DNA of 62,637 nucleotides, the filler included, from Rhabdomonas costata (Eukaryota), in assembly GCA_019059605.1 (NCBI GenBank). It is 23 parts of 23 records of this genome, joined end to end, with 100 filler letters (N's around TTAATTAATTAA, not from the genome) between each part and the next. Parts side by side here need not be neighbours in the genome. Positions count along the whole stretch, not along the records: positions 10,923 to 13,553 come from JAHMHO010002556.1; positions 13,654 to 16,282 come from JAHMHO010002557.1; positions 16,383 to 19,011 come from JAHMHO010002558.1; positions 19,112 to 21,738 come from JAHMHO010002559.1; positions 21,839 to 24,466 come from JAHMHO010002560.1; 18 more parts are not named here. The stretch is one strand, 5' to 3'. The number at the start of each line of letters is the position of its first letter. Position 1 is the stretch's first letter. The notes under the pieces are model-generated. The model did not search any database, was not told the origin of the DNA, and was given only the letters and a program-made list of their open reading frames with translations. This document shows, one piece after another, positions 12,161 through 24,443 of the stretch. The position numbers were made by a program, and so were the translations under genes.

Positions 12161-13653
12161 CTCTACCCTCCCCCCTCATTTTTTGGGTAGCTAGCTCTCC
12201 CTCTGCTGCGGAATGCATTGGCAAACGCACCGCAGAGTTGTGTTACAGCAGCTTCCCTTCGTGTCATTTTTAGATAAAGATATCCCCTCCCGTGTGTGTG
12301 TGCTTGTGTGCTGGTGCGCTTTGTGAAGGGCATTGCTTGGTGTTTGTGCCTTTTGTGTATGCGGCTCGTTTCTTTTCGTGGAACGGAAACAAGCTCTGCG
12401 CTTCATTGAGTGATCTTCTTCGCTCACGGGTCTCTCGCGGTTCCCTTTCCCTTCCAACCCCCGCCTGACACACTGAGCCCAAATATATATGCGCAGTTTT
12501 CGTTTGCCTTTCCATTTTCTCCTCCTCGCGCTGGGAATGCTGACAAACTGTTTGTGTGGTGTGCACCCTGTGCCTCTACCTTCGAGCATCGGAGGTCGCT
12601 GCCTACAGTGTGCAGTGTGCAATGTGTGTGTGTGTGAGCGTGTGTGCGTGCGTTTGTGTAGCTCTAGCTGCTTGCAGCGTGTCGCTGACATTGCTGCTTT
12701 TTCCTCAGCTTGCTCTCCTTCATGGAATGGAAGCAGGCCCCCCCCCCGCACTGTCTCATTTTCTCCACCTCTTTTTCAGTGGACGAGGTTCTTGTCGCCT
12801 GTTTCGGTGCTATTGGCACCCCCCGGCATGTGACCGCGTGGTTCACTCGTGTGTGCAGCGGAGAGTAGTGTTTTTATCCTGAAGTGAAGAGGGCAGGGTT
12901 GTACCTTGCACATCGTGCATTGTACTGTGCTACTCGCTCTCTTCGTTTTCCTTTTTCGTTCGCGGTGTTTCCCACACATAGTGTTTGCACTTCCAAGCGA
13001 GGAGTGACGTGGGTTGCGGCCTGGATTTTTTTTGCAGGGGTAGGTTGCTGTCGTGTTCTTCGCAGGAAAGACAGGCTGGATAATATCCGAAGGGGTAGCG
13101 CCCAATATGCGCGGAAGATACTGCCGCCGAGTCGGCGCTGTCTCAAGCAGAGCAGGAGAAGAGAAGATTGCCCGCGGCACCTCAAAAATTCAAAAGCGAA
13201 AAAAAGTTCCCTCTTAAGGCATCTTCTGACTTTGAAGCTAAAAAGGGGCGGTAAAAAAGCTGGTTTTTCCTTGAGGTTGTCTTCTTTGATTCAGGACAGT
13301 TGTGTCTTGTTGTTTGCGTTTGTGTATGTTTGTGCGATGTAAAGACAGAAAAGAAACACACACACATATGTGAAGGAGAGCGTCCTGTTTTGTCCTTCCC
13401 TGCCGGGGGCTGTATTACCCATTGTTAACTTCTGAGTCCTCCATGCTCAGTGTCATTGCGGATACCTTCTCTCACATACTCTCAGCTGATGGAATGACTG
13501 ACAACTATCGCTGATTATGTAGATTCTAATTGCAACCTATTTACACCCCCCACNNNNNNNNNNNNNNNNNNNNNNNNNNNNNNNNNNNNNNNNNNNNTTA
13601 ATTAATTAANNNNNNNNNNNNNNNNNNNNNNNNNNNNNNNNNNNNNNNNNNNN

Positions 13654-14103
13654 CCTTGCCCAACTGACCATCCATCGCATTACAGGTCCCCTTCCTTCCA
13701 TGCTGGCAATCCATGGCATACTTCTCGCCTTCATTTCCTCGCATTTGGTGTTGAAGTCTTGTTCACCTTCTTTCAGTACACACCTTCCTTCTCCCTTCCT
13801 TCATTCGCAACCCAACCCGAAGTTTTCGGCCACTCTGGTTTGTGAAGTTGATGACCTGAACTATTCTCGTCCTTGTCTCTATCATCCTGTCCAGGGGTTC
13901 TTTCATCTTGGCTCAGGTCCACACGCCCTCGTTTATGGTTCGGACATCTCCCTTTTCCCTGGCGCTGAAGTCCTCTCCTTGCCCAACTGACCATCCATCG
14001 CATTACAGGTCCCCTTCCTTCCATGCTGGCAATTCATGGCATACTTCTCGCCTTCATTTCCTCGCATTTGGTGTTGAAGTCTTGTTCACCTTCTTTCAGT
14101 ACA
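13654..14103. repeat. 127-bp direct repeat, period 323 bp
   Basis: 13654-13780 matches 13977-14103 with one visible mismatch (aatccat/aattcat). Confidence 0.93.
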
Positions 14104-14854
14104 AAGCTTCCTCATAAGTCCAAAATCCGTGCTCATCCCCTCCCGTACTATCTCTTGGCTTGGTTAGTTTGCTTTCTGCCGCCGATACCGATGGGGTCCA
14201 CTTTTTGCATTTTTCTTGCATGTTTTCTTTTGCGACTTTGTTCCTGTTCGTGCTTGTAGTGTGCTTCCTGCTGTTGGTGTCTCGAGCGTGGGTTGTAAGG
14301 GTGTCGATGTCAAGCTGAGTCAGAGGGTGAGTGTGGATGCTGAGTTGGAGGGTGTGACGATGCGTGGATCTTGCGTTGGTGGCTCCTGTGTTGGTGATTC
14401 CCGTGTTGGTGATGCGTATGTTGACTCCGATGCCTTTCTGCCTTCCTGCGTTTCTGTCTCCAGCGTTTCTGTCTCCAGGCCTTCTGCTTCAACCATGCTC
14501 TCTACCAGTGCTTGTGTTACGGTGTGTGTTCCTGATGCCTTGCTGCCTTCTGTGTTGGTTGACGTGTGGGTTCTGTCTTATACTCCGCATGGCTCCCTCC
14601 GCTCCGTTCCTTACCCTCTATCCTACTACGCATGGCTCCCTCGCTGCGCTCAGACCCATGCTCCGTTCCTTCATCCTACTGCGCTACGCTACCTCTATCG
14701 CTGATGCCTTTACTGTTCACTGCTCGGTCATGCCTTCGTGCCTCATACATGCCCTCGACCTTCACCTGTATTGGTGTTCCTGTGGCTACGCCCGGACGGA
14801 ACGAACATGATGGGCCCTGAGGGATGAAGGGACCATCATGAGAGTAAAGTGACA
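13654..14854 (-). mobile_element. Probable degenerate LTR-retroelement fragment
   Basis: Sharp boundary TGTCAC at 14854 (minus) and a candidate LTR end GTCACA at 14353, followed by broken charged ORFs and an internal duplication. No enzymatic motif seen. Confidence 0.35.
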
Positions 14855-15092
14855 GGTATACCTAATGCCTTCACTACTACGGCATGCCTCGCCACCGCTC
14901 GACATGCCTACGTGTATTGTACTGTCACTCAGTCGCTACGCTCCTTCGTTCCTTCTTCTTTACGTCGTCATGACTTCGCTGCGCTGCGTTGCAACTTTTT
15001 CACTTGCAAAAAAAAGGCCGGTGCGGGGGAGGACCCACCGAATTCACCGAAAAAGGTAGAGAGGTTAGGCGATTCGGTGGACGTCCACAAAC

Positions 15093-15584
15093 CCGAGGGC
15101 AGATGCCTCCGAATGATGAAGGGGATCTTTCCGTTGCTCAGCTCCTTTTGGGCAATCAGCAGGGGGTCCTGCTCGCCCGTGATGGGAACCAAAACAGGCG
15201 CACCCATGCTGAGCAGAAGTAGCGCAACCGATGAATCAATAAAAGAAGGAATGCTTCGCGATTTAACACGTACCACGGACCGGGCGGTGACAGGAAGTCT
15301 GGCCAGGAGCATTTCGGCATCTAAAGCCAACCAGCAGCATCTGGCGGCATCCATGCTCCTGGCACTTCAGGAGAAGAAAAAAGAAGCGCTGAAGTGATAC
15401 CTGATCTGAAGTGCCCGGGTACCCAAAACCCGTGCTCTTTCGATGTTCAGTCTTGTCTACCTGCGTCTCTCTCCGCTTCCAAAAATGCGAGGTAACGTGT
15501 ATGATTAAAGTTTGCCTGAGAAGGTCTGTCATCGCGTGCGTGTTCTTTCCTGTCCCGCCATTTTGCTCCTGCTCCTGCTTTGCT
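15093..15584 (-). CDS. RPB6: RNA polymerase common subunit RPB6/RPABC2-like (partial, possibly pseudogene)
   Basis: Exons ~15460-15401 ([13 protein letters not shown]) and 15208-15093 ([39 protein letters not shown]) splice in frame via GT-AG. The expected TTxYMTKY motif is degenerate and the YEDW exon is absent from the contig. Confidence 0.85.
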
Positions 15585-16382
15585 CTAGGAAATCAACTTT
15601 GTGGCCTGAGAGGCATGAGCCCGCGTTTCAAGCACGCACCCTGTAGAGAATGTGAGATTGATTGAAATGGGTTGCCGTTGGTTGGCGCTCAGATGTGGCT
15701 GTGTGTTATGTTTCGTCGGGAATGAGTTGCTCGCCTCTTTCGTTCATCATCTTTGTTTCTAGCATCCCCCCCCCCTGCACTGTTCTATGACTTCTGTGTC
15801 GTTTTTTTTACTGTGCTTAGTTACGGTTTGCTGTGTTTTCTCATGAGCTTGGGGGAAACGAAAAAGCCGCCCACCCTGCGGTCATGTTGTGCACAACCCG
15901 AGGTGCCATTTCTCGAGTCGGCGGGGGTTTCACCAGACTTGCCGGTGACTGTTTGTGTCGAATCGTGGTCTCTCCGGGTAACCCATTCTGGACCGTTTTT
16001 TATGCAGTAAAGTTTGATTGATGACTCACCGCATATGTTTTTATAGTTTCCGGAGGGGTCTATTGCTCGTGCGCATCTGCGCATGAAGGTACTATGAAGG
16101 TGACTCGGGAAGCGCATGCTCAGGCAGAAGACTCTAACTTTGAATCGAGTGAAGACACGATCGAGTTCCTCAACCTCCTCCGTCTGCCGGTTTCACTCCT
16201 CCAGGAAAGTATTGGTCCGAGAAAGGGTCTCCGATAGTAGCCAGCCCGAGGTCTCCAAAAAACACCAAATACACCCAATACANNNNNNNNNNNNNNNNNN
16301 NNNNNNNNNNNNNNNNNNNNNNNNNNTTAATTAATTAANNNNNNNNNNNNNNNNNNNNNNNNNNNNNNNNNNNNNNNNNNNN

Positions 16383-16920
16383 TCCGCTTCTCGCCTGATC
16401 TCTTCGCGCAGCTCGTCCCAGGTCTTACTCTCCTCTTCGTAGACGTCCTTATCATTCAGCATTGCTACCAGCTGTTGTGCGTACATCCTCTTACAACATG
16501 CGTGAATAAAATGCGGGCCCCAGTCTTCTGGGAGGAACACTAAGTCTTGCTGTGCCTCCTTGATCTGCTTGTTAGGGGTCGCCGTATCCATCTGGGTTTC
16601 TCCGCAGGGTGGACCTCTTCAGATTCAGGAGGCACCTGTCCCACACTGCTTGCGCCCATTTCTCAAGTTGCAGCCTTTTTGCCTTGTGCTTGCTCTCATA
16701 CCATGCGACATATGCTGCACGATTTTCCCAAAATTCGGCCATGACTTCTTCCAACGTGCCTTGAAACCGGAAATTCGTTCGTTGTGGAGTGCTTGCAGGT
16801 ATGTCCACTTCAACGACTCAGCTGCGATGTGCAGAGATGTCCGTCTTGGCAGTGATTCTCGACGTCCACTTCTTGTCGTACAGCCTTCCTGCAAGGGCAG
16901 GTCTTTCCGTTACCTGCCGG
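16383..16920 (-). mobile_element. Degenerate Penelope-like retroelement (pre-RT DKG region), downstream of the last visible ABCB exon
   Basis: LVFLPEDWGPHFIHACCKRMYAQQLVAMLNDKDVYEE resembles the PLE DKG domain. Clearly homologous at nucleotide level to 33760-33945 (+). Confidence 0.6.
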
Positions 16921-17308
16921 CACCTCTTGCAGGCTCCTTGACACGAGCGTATAATTGAAGTGGTTTTGTGACACTCGGGGGGCCGTAGCACTTGGCCACT
17001 GCTACTTGCGGTTCGGGGTGTAGCGCGTAAATTTGGGGGAGCGGAGAACCCCAGTACTCTGCACTCTTCTGCAGCTTGGTGGAGGAAGGGGAACCGGATG
17101 ATTGTCTCGGTCGTGCTGATGGCTTTTTATTCAAGATGCTGGAATGACTCGTCTCACCACACCGCACACTCCGGGCGTATGCGTGGGGGTGAACCCCACG
17201 CTGAAGTTGCATATCTCCAGTGTACGGTTTAACGTCCCGCCCCCCGCCCCTGCCTAACGTCATAGCAAAAGTACAAAAATAAAGAAAATCCCATTGTGAC
17301 ACACGTAC

Positions 17309-18967
17309 GGTGGATGTGTGCCTTGCGGGCTGCCTCAAAGACTTCCTCGTCGGTGGCCTCAGGCTTGCTGTACTTGATGTTGTTCATCACTGTGGCGGAG
17401 GAAAGGGAACAAAAAGCAGCACAACGAGTGCATTTGAAAACCAGCGAGGATGGGAAGGAAAAGCCAGCGACCTGTGTCGTCGAACAGCACTGGCTCTTGC
17501 GATACCTAGAGAAGAAGGCAGACCATCACAAGTGCTAAAGGCCGGCAGTTCCCTGCCTTGCTCTCGTATAACTTAAAACCATGAAACGTTAAGGGGACGT
17601 CGCAAGCTCCCACCTTGATGAAAGCAGGGAGGCTAAGTTGCGGAATAAAACCACAAAACATATGGCACAAGCCAGTAACAAAATCAACAATTGACAGGAG
17701 GCACACCAGTCCGACATGGGACCTCCACTTGACCAGGTTAAGGGTCTTCATGTCATTCGCATCCGCAAGCACAGTTCCCGACAAGGGGTCATAGAACCGC
17801 ATCAGCAAGGAGATGATCGTGCTCTTGCCACAGCCTAAAAACACACCGACAACATGGGTGTCACGCGAAGAATAATTCTTTTCTGCTTTCTCCTGTAGAA
17901 ATCTCTGTCGACAAACAAAACCGAAACCGGGCGGCTGGAAAATACTGAAAAGCAATCGGGCGCAACATTTCCCCTCCCCAGACAACACCTGTCGAGCCAA
18001 TCAGGGCCACGTGCTTCCCTGCCGGGATGTCCAGGCTCAAGAAGTCTAGCACAGGCACATCCTTCCGCGCTGGGTAGCTGAACTTCACCTGTGGACGTGA
18101 ATGCGCGTGGATGAGTGCGGAGTTGCTCTGTGAATGTGTGCATGTGTGAGTGGAGAGCTGTGCTGCAAGCATAATCAGCGATTCCCAAGGCTAGGGCGGT
18201 GCGTGTAGCACCTGGTCAAACTGTAGCAACCCCTGAGGGTTCTCCAGCTCCAGCCCAGCCTTCCCGTAGCTGTCGATCGGGGGCACGCGGTCCAGGATCT
18301 CGAAGATCCTCCCCGCGGCAAGGTTGGCCTCCGCGGTGTCCCCAGCCTGAAGAAAAAAAGAAGCGCTGGGGTTTACTTCCACAAGGAACCTTTAAGAACT
18401 GTTTTGCGATGACATCCAAACAGGCATAGGCGTGCACCCGCCTGCATTCGCCACCACCGTCCTTGTCTGACTGAATACTAGTCCACAGGAGAAAAGAATT
18501 GTGCAGACCATTGAATAGCACTCGCCGACACCCATCGCTCCCATCAGAATAGCCGAGGAGACCCGGAGGACCTGCAAAGACGTGAGAAACCAGAACCGAG
18601 CCATACAACTGAAAGGCAACGAGCACCTGAACCTCATATGATGCAGTGTCTGCCCCCAGACGCACTCTTTTTGAGAGACGATTCCAGCCGAATTCGCACA
18701 AACGCGGAGCAACCCAAGATCTAACTCTCGCCCTTCTCAGGCGCAAGAGCATCCACCTAAAACCTGCGAGTGGAGCAACCCCAGCCTCACACTAGCGCTC
18801 ATCTCTACGCTCCCTCAGACAAACGTGTTCACCACCGACAAGACACGTGTACCTGTGTGAAGTCTGCCTCGCGGGAGGAGATCAGCTAACCCCCGTACCA
18901 CAGCGAGAGGGAAAACGCCCCGAAGATAAGGAACTGCGAGAACCCAAAGGCCAGGCCTCCGGTGATC
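17309..18967 (-). CDS. ABCB/MDR (P-glycoprotein-type) ABC transporter, end of a TMD plus start of an NBD (partial); one in-frame TAG
   Basis: Exons 18967-18853, 18571-18509, 18346-18212, 18088-17989, 17834-17707, 17505-17472, 17389-17309, all GT-AG and in phase: GLAFGFSQF..LWYGG*LIS, A-loop FSYPAR, Walker A GSTGCGKST, RFYDP, Q-loop VSQEPVLFD, NIKY..ATDEEV..AARKAHIH. Confidence 0.93.
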
Positions 18968-19482
18968 CTGGAGGGCAAAGGGCGGAACGAAGAATGGACA
19001 GGGAAGGGGACNNNNNNNNNNNNNNNNNNNNNNNNNNNNNNNNNNNNNNNNNNNNTTAATTAATTAANNNNNNNNNNNNNNNNNNNNNNNNNNNNNNNNN
19101 NNNNNNNNNNNCCCTGTCCGCTGTGTAAGAGTGGGTGAAAGTGGGAAGGGGTAACAGGCAAAAGGAGAACTCGGGAGACACATGGTGCACAAACATCCCG
19201 CAAACAAAGACTGCAGGCCTAAGGTCGCTTACAGGGGCGAGGAGTGAGGTCGCCCGAAAGCATTCCCCCAAAAGCAAAGCACGTGGTGTGTGTTGTGTAC
19301 AGCACCCTGGCGAATGCGAAGCTGATGTCTCGGTACTCCGGTCGTCGCTCAGCTTCTAATGTTGTGAGCTGCGAATAGCCTACCCCACTGTGTTGTGGCA
19401 AACGCCCTCTTTGATGCGTCCACGGGCGGCCAAGACTCACACCACTACCATCCACCCCACCCAAATACACACACACACACAC

Positions 19483-21575
19483 CTGGAAGGCTGTAAGGTG
19501 GGTGGCCCAGTTCGGGGCCAAGACCTGCCCGGCCTCGTCCTTGTGTTCCCCGGGCAGGGCCTTGGCTCCACCCCAGGTGCTCTGCTCCACCCAGGCCTTC
19601 CACAGCTCGGGCCGGCGCACGATGTCGCCTTGCAGCTGCTGGAAGTTCGGCACTCCGCGCTGCAGCGCGCACAGCACCGCCCAGGCCTTTCCGGAGATCC
19701 ACGGCACGGGCACCCCAGCCTCGTCCTCGGTCTTAGACAGCAGCCCCGCGCGCAGCACGAACTGCCACTCTGTTTCAGAGACCGCCTTGGCCTGCCGCAG
19801 GATCTGGGAGGCCAGCAGGAAGCTGAAGATGGTTTTGTCCTTCTTGAACAGCCCGCGACTGATGGAGACGTACACCACCTCGGTGATGTTCCAGATCAGG
19901 GAATTCAGGTGGCCCTCGAAGCTGAGGGTGTCCTTGGTGCTCTCCACGACGAGCTTGAAGAGCTTCTTGAAGTAGTCCAGGCTGGGAGGGAAAGTGAGAG
20001 GAGAACGGGATGCAATGGTGCCGGTGGAAAAATGAATACCAAAGATTACAACGGTCTGAGGTTATCATGATTACCAGAGATAATCATGGTTGCTTTTGGA
20101 ACTTATGATGACAATTTTGCGAGCAAAAATACCAAAAACAACCCGCTCCTTCATGATCCATCTCCTTGATTTGGCTCAGAAAAAGGGGTTCGGGTTGACC
20201 AGCCATGTGTATGTTGAAAGCATAGTCAGTCCCCACGCGACATTTCAAGTACACGCATTCTTATCCAATTTTTACGCCGCTGTGCCTTCCTGTTATTCTG
20301 TGTTGTGATGTGTGTTGTGATGGAAACCTTGAACTAACGATAAAGCCCCCCCCACAAATATCGCTTTTTTGCGCGTTGACGCATAAAGCACCTGCAACTT
20401 ACTTACCTTCAGATGTGGACAGATTTGCTGAAGACATTTCTTCTTTTCGCGAGCTGATACAACAAGGGAGAAAAACAGAAGGGAAGGGTAGAGAAGGGAA
20501 GGAAGGGGTGGGCTTGCACACCTGTACTGGTACATCGGGTCAATCAGCCCCAGGTCGGCGACGACGAAGTACAAGATGGAGGCCCGGGTGGCAACGGGGA
20601 GGTACTCCAGGCGGGCCTGGTTGATCTGCACGGACTTCTCTTCGGCCTCCTTCAGCCTCTTGGAGAGCAGGTCGGAGGTGGTCTGGGCCTTCTTCAGGGT
20701 GTCAATCACGTTCTGGTTGTCCAGGATGTTCCCCGTGGCCTTCTCCAGCTCATCCAGGATCTGTTCGTCACACACACACTCACACACACACATGCACACA
20801 AACAGAGAGCTAGGACGGGCGGTAAGGAGGCAGCTCGGTGACGATCTGCTGCCTTCCGTGTCGTGCCCCGGAGGGAGGGGTGATGGATGCCCCCATCCAG
20901 CCCTCTGCTTCTGTGGACCACCAAGTATGTTCCATCTCGCGCGGGACTGGGGAGCCCCTGCCTTCTGCGCTTGTGTACCTGCTTCGTATGTGCACCGGGA
21001 GCCTGTCCGCTGGTATGGCGCAAATGTCCCTCCCAATATGGAGCATATGTCCCTCCCAGTTTGGCGCATGTGTCCTCCCAAACTACTGTCACACAGGGGG
21101 TGGGCTCACCGCACTGCCTGCCGTAAAGAACAAGAGAGTGATTGGACCTGGTCCTCGTAGTACTTCAGCTTCTTCTTGTCGCTGGCCACGCTCTGGATGA
21201 TCTTGTTCTTGTTCTCCTCCAGCTCGGCCTTCTCGATCGCTACTACATCACCGAGCATCTGCTCCTCCAGCCCCTGCATCGTCACCGTGAAGTTGATCAG
21301 CGTGACCTTGATGCACACGTCCGGGAGGTAGTGCGGGTTGGGCAGCTTGGTGGTCATGTAAAACCGGAACAGAGGGTCGTAGTCGATCGGGGTGTCTGCG
21401 ACAAGGTTGATCAGCGTGCGGTTGGCCTGCGTATACACCTGCTTCAGCAGCACGGGCTCCAGGGCAGGGTCCAGGGTCTCCCCAACATCCTCCACCAGCA
21501 CTGGTGTGCCGTTCTTGATCGAGGACTCCAGGGTGCGGATGTAGCCTGGGTCCGTCAGCTTGATCGTCTTCAGCC
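19483..21575 (-). CDS. Axonemal dynein heavy chain, AAA5/strut region (DNAH6-like inner-arm type), partial
   Basis: Exons 21575-21148, 20760-20522, 19981-19483 in frame: LVEDVGETLDPALEPVL, FRFYMTTKLPNPHYLPDVCIKVTLINFTVT..GLEEQMLG, GNILDN, YLPVATRASILYF..DPMYQYSLDYF, SRGLFKKDK. Confidence 0.96.
21016..21083. repeat. Intronic 23-bp tandem repeat, 3 imperfect copies
   Basis: tggcgcaaatgtccctcccaata / tggagcatatgtccctcccagtt / tggcgcatgtgtcctcccaaac. Confidence 0.8.
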
Positions 21576-22072
21576 CTGCAAACGGATATGAGCCAAATCA
21601 TTCAGGAGACTGCACTTGTTTTTTCGGGGGGGGGGTTAAACGTTTGACACTGCTAAACACATTTGCCTTTCATGCACCAATGGAATTGCCAATTGCTGGA
21701 TTTTGATGGACGAGTTGGACAGGACAATTAGCGCCCACNNNNNNNNNNNNNNNNNNNNNNNNNNNNNNNNNNNNNNNNNNNNTTAATTAATTAANNNNNN
21801 NNNNNNNNNNNNNNNNNNNNNNNNNNNNNNNNNNNNNNTGTTTTTTTTATTGCCTATCCCAATTTCATTTTATTTTGGCCGAAGAATTTTATTCGAATGC
21901 TCGGAGTTGGACCAAAGAGGGCATGGACTCTTGTGCAGGTGAAGAACCAGGGTGACATGGCCTCAATGATCGGAGACGTGGTCCACGAAGTGGGGTATAA
22001 CGCCAGCGTGGAGACCGGATTACACAAACGCACCCACGCATTGTGACCACATAGTGAGGAACAGCACACACG

Positions 22073-22381
22073 TAATACCACCCCGATGCCACGTGCTGCA
22101 TGGCTGCTAACACTTTATCCTGTAAACATTAGAAAAAGGAAAGGAATATCAGTCATCCGCTCAGAAAACAACTCCAATACCGCGCGGTCGCCGCCCACAA
22201 AGGAGCCCACGGCCTGCGCCGCCAGCTCGATCTCCGACCGCAGGGCTTCCTGGTGGTCGCTCAGGGAGTGCGTCCAGCTCAGCCCCACTGCCGTGCCCGC
22301 AACGCTCAGCGACATCACTACACTCATCACCACCACAAAGATGATCAGGCGGTTGGTGGGCCTCATCTGTCCAGTGTAAAT
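22073..22381 (-). CDS. N-terminal transmembrane region of a probable membrane/receptor protein (partial)
   Basis: MRPTNRLIIFVVVMSVVMSLSVAGTAVGLSW (TM helix), then helical HQEALRSEIELAAQAVGSF, donor GTATTG, next exon DKVLAAMQHVASGW; GC3-rich. Confidence 0.5.
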
Positions 22382-22916
22382 CTGCACAGGCGGAGAAGGT
22401 GCACTCGCCGAGGGAGTCACTCATGGCGCCAGCATTCCACTGAATCTCACAGATGCATTTTGAAGCAGCGGAAAGGCTTGCCCATGTGTAAAGTACTGAT
22501 TTTTCTGTGGTGAAGGTGGGTACTTGTGGACCCATTTTCCAGGTTAGAATATTGTCACTGTCCAACTGTTCATACTTACTTTCCAATTACAGTTTGGACA
22601 AGAGGGTTGAATGTCCCTTGGAGTTAGAGGGCAAGACTTTCAGGGTTGCGGTGGGGTTGCCAACTCACAAAAAACGAAACCAAAGGGCATGGGGCAACCA
22701 GGTACAAAAGGTCGACAGCCTCTGAAGCACAAAAAGTATACGAATCCAAATGACAACAGCCTTGCGTTATCACGAAACAAGTCCGGAAGTAACCGGAAAG
22801 GTGGTGGCAATGTTGCAATACAGATGTTCCCTTTTTGTTCTTTTTTCTCGCCTCGCGTGCACGCTTGAGTGAGACGAAAGAACAGCGACTACAGAAAAAG
22901 TATCCATGTTCACACA

Positions 22917-24443
22917 CCTCATCCGTGGGGTTACGAACAAAGAGCGACCGCAATCTCTTGAATGGGGCGGCGAGCACTGTTTTGCGGCGAGGAAGGTCTT
23001 CGGGAGTCGAAGGATTCAGTTCCTGCGCGCACGGGCAGCAACGCACCAACTCAATCATACAGGAGCAATAGACAATAACAACGGATCGGATGCAAAAAGC
23101 ACTCGAGTGGAGTGAGGTCGGCACCTCTGGTGGGACTCTCTCTCTCTCTCTCTCCAAAGCGAAAAAAGTGGCTTCCTCGAGGGGAGAGAAAAGACCTGAC
23201 AATACTGCAACATCAACTTGACATCAACTTGATTGTCTTCCCTTCAAAAATAGATTCCTCTCTGCAACGATAGCAACAGTCAAGTGTTTTGTGATGATTC
23301 AGATATTTCACACACAAGATCACTACCGAAATGGAATTGATGTGGCAACTACCAGTGACCTTTGGGGCCTCAATGTTTTTTCTGGGCGTGAAACGTTTTG
23401 CACTCGCCCTCCGGGAGGGGTCAAAAATTAACCCCATTTTGCATCTAAAATGCATTTAGAGGCAGTCGACACAGTTTACCTAACCCCAGTGTTTGTAAAA
23501 GAACATCCTAAAAATGTGTCTGATTCGGACGCTTAGCACCATAAACGACTAGCAGTGTTAAATGGAGCATCACCCACCTCGTGGAACGTCCCAACCCACC
23601 CGCCGGCCTGACAGGCCTTCGCACCGAAAACAATCGTCAATCGCATCCCATTTGTTTACCAAAGCCCAGCAACCACAAATTCCAGCCCAGCAACCACAAG
23701 ATCTGCAAAAAAAACGCTTAACCTCCCCCCCCCCAAAAAAAAATACAAACCAAAACTTGAGTGCCCTCTCTCTGTCCCCGGAACTTGCATTGCGGGTTCG
23801 CATTTAGCCCCATATAGACAGGCACACACACATCTCTCAGCTTTCCACAAACATGATGCTCCAAAAGTTTTTTCAATTTTTTCAAAATGACCTCTTTGAG
23901 CTGTCAGGGAGCACAGAAAGTCATTTTATTCCTTTTCGCATTAGAAGTACCGCAATTGTAGATTTAGTAAGAGTTGTGATTCAAGGCGACGTGGCCCCCC
24001 GTTCCCCCAACCGCAGAACTTCGCAACTTCGCAGAGAAAAGCGATAGGCAGGGACGCAGCGATAGTTTACTGCGCTTGCATGAGGGTGAGGTAGGGGGCA
24101 CCATCGTCATCGTAGGAGAGGCCTGGGACCGCTGCCTGTTGACGGAGGTCACGTGCTCCACCATGTCCTTCAGCTCCTCCAAAGCCACAACCTTTTCGCC
24201 GCTCTCGTCAGCCTGCCCCTGCTGGGCCGATGCCATTACTTCCGCGATCTCAAACTCGCTGAGACTCAGAGATCTGCACCGCAACCGCCCCCGCAACCAT
24301 CTTGTCAACAAAACCCTACTAAACTCATCGGGAAGATCGGGAAGCACACAATACACAGCCTTGGGGGTTGGGAAAGCAGAACAATCGTTGGACTTGCTCT
24401 TCCTCAGCACATGACCAGTCATATTCACATATTCCACAGCAGT
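22917..24443 (-). CDS. Multi-exon fragment of an unknown protein
   Basis: Exon-like TAVEYVNMTGHVLRKSK|SLSLSEFEIAEVMASAQQGQADESGEKVVALEELKDMVEHVTSVN and ELNPSTPEDLPRRKTVLAAPFKRLRSLFVRNPTDE|gtgtgt. Confidence 0.45.

Noticed and set aside
13427-13440. aacttctgagtc as a euglenid spliced-leader remnant
   Set aside because: Match too short and diverges immediately; no SL RNA, tRNA or rRNA gene recognised in the window.
15441-15470. Euglenid nonconventional intron ending ...CTGAACAT before the RPB6 ERAR exon
   Set aside because: No complementary 5' arm and no TKY-encoding exon found upstream in the contig.
19390-21591. Long + strand ORFs (19390-20070, 20576-21160, 21142-21591) and similar antisense ORFs elsewhere
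   Set aside because: Shadows of GC3-rich exons on the opposite strand.
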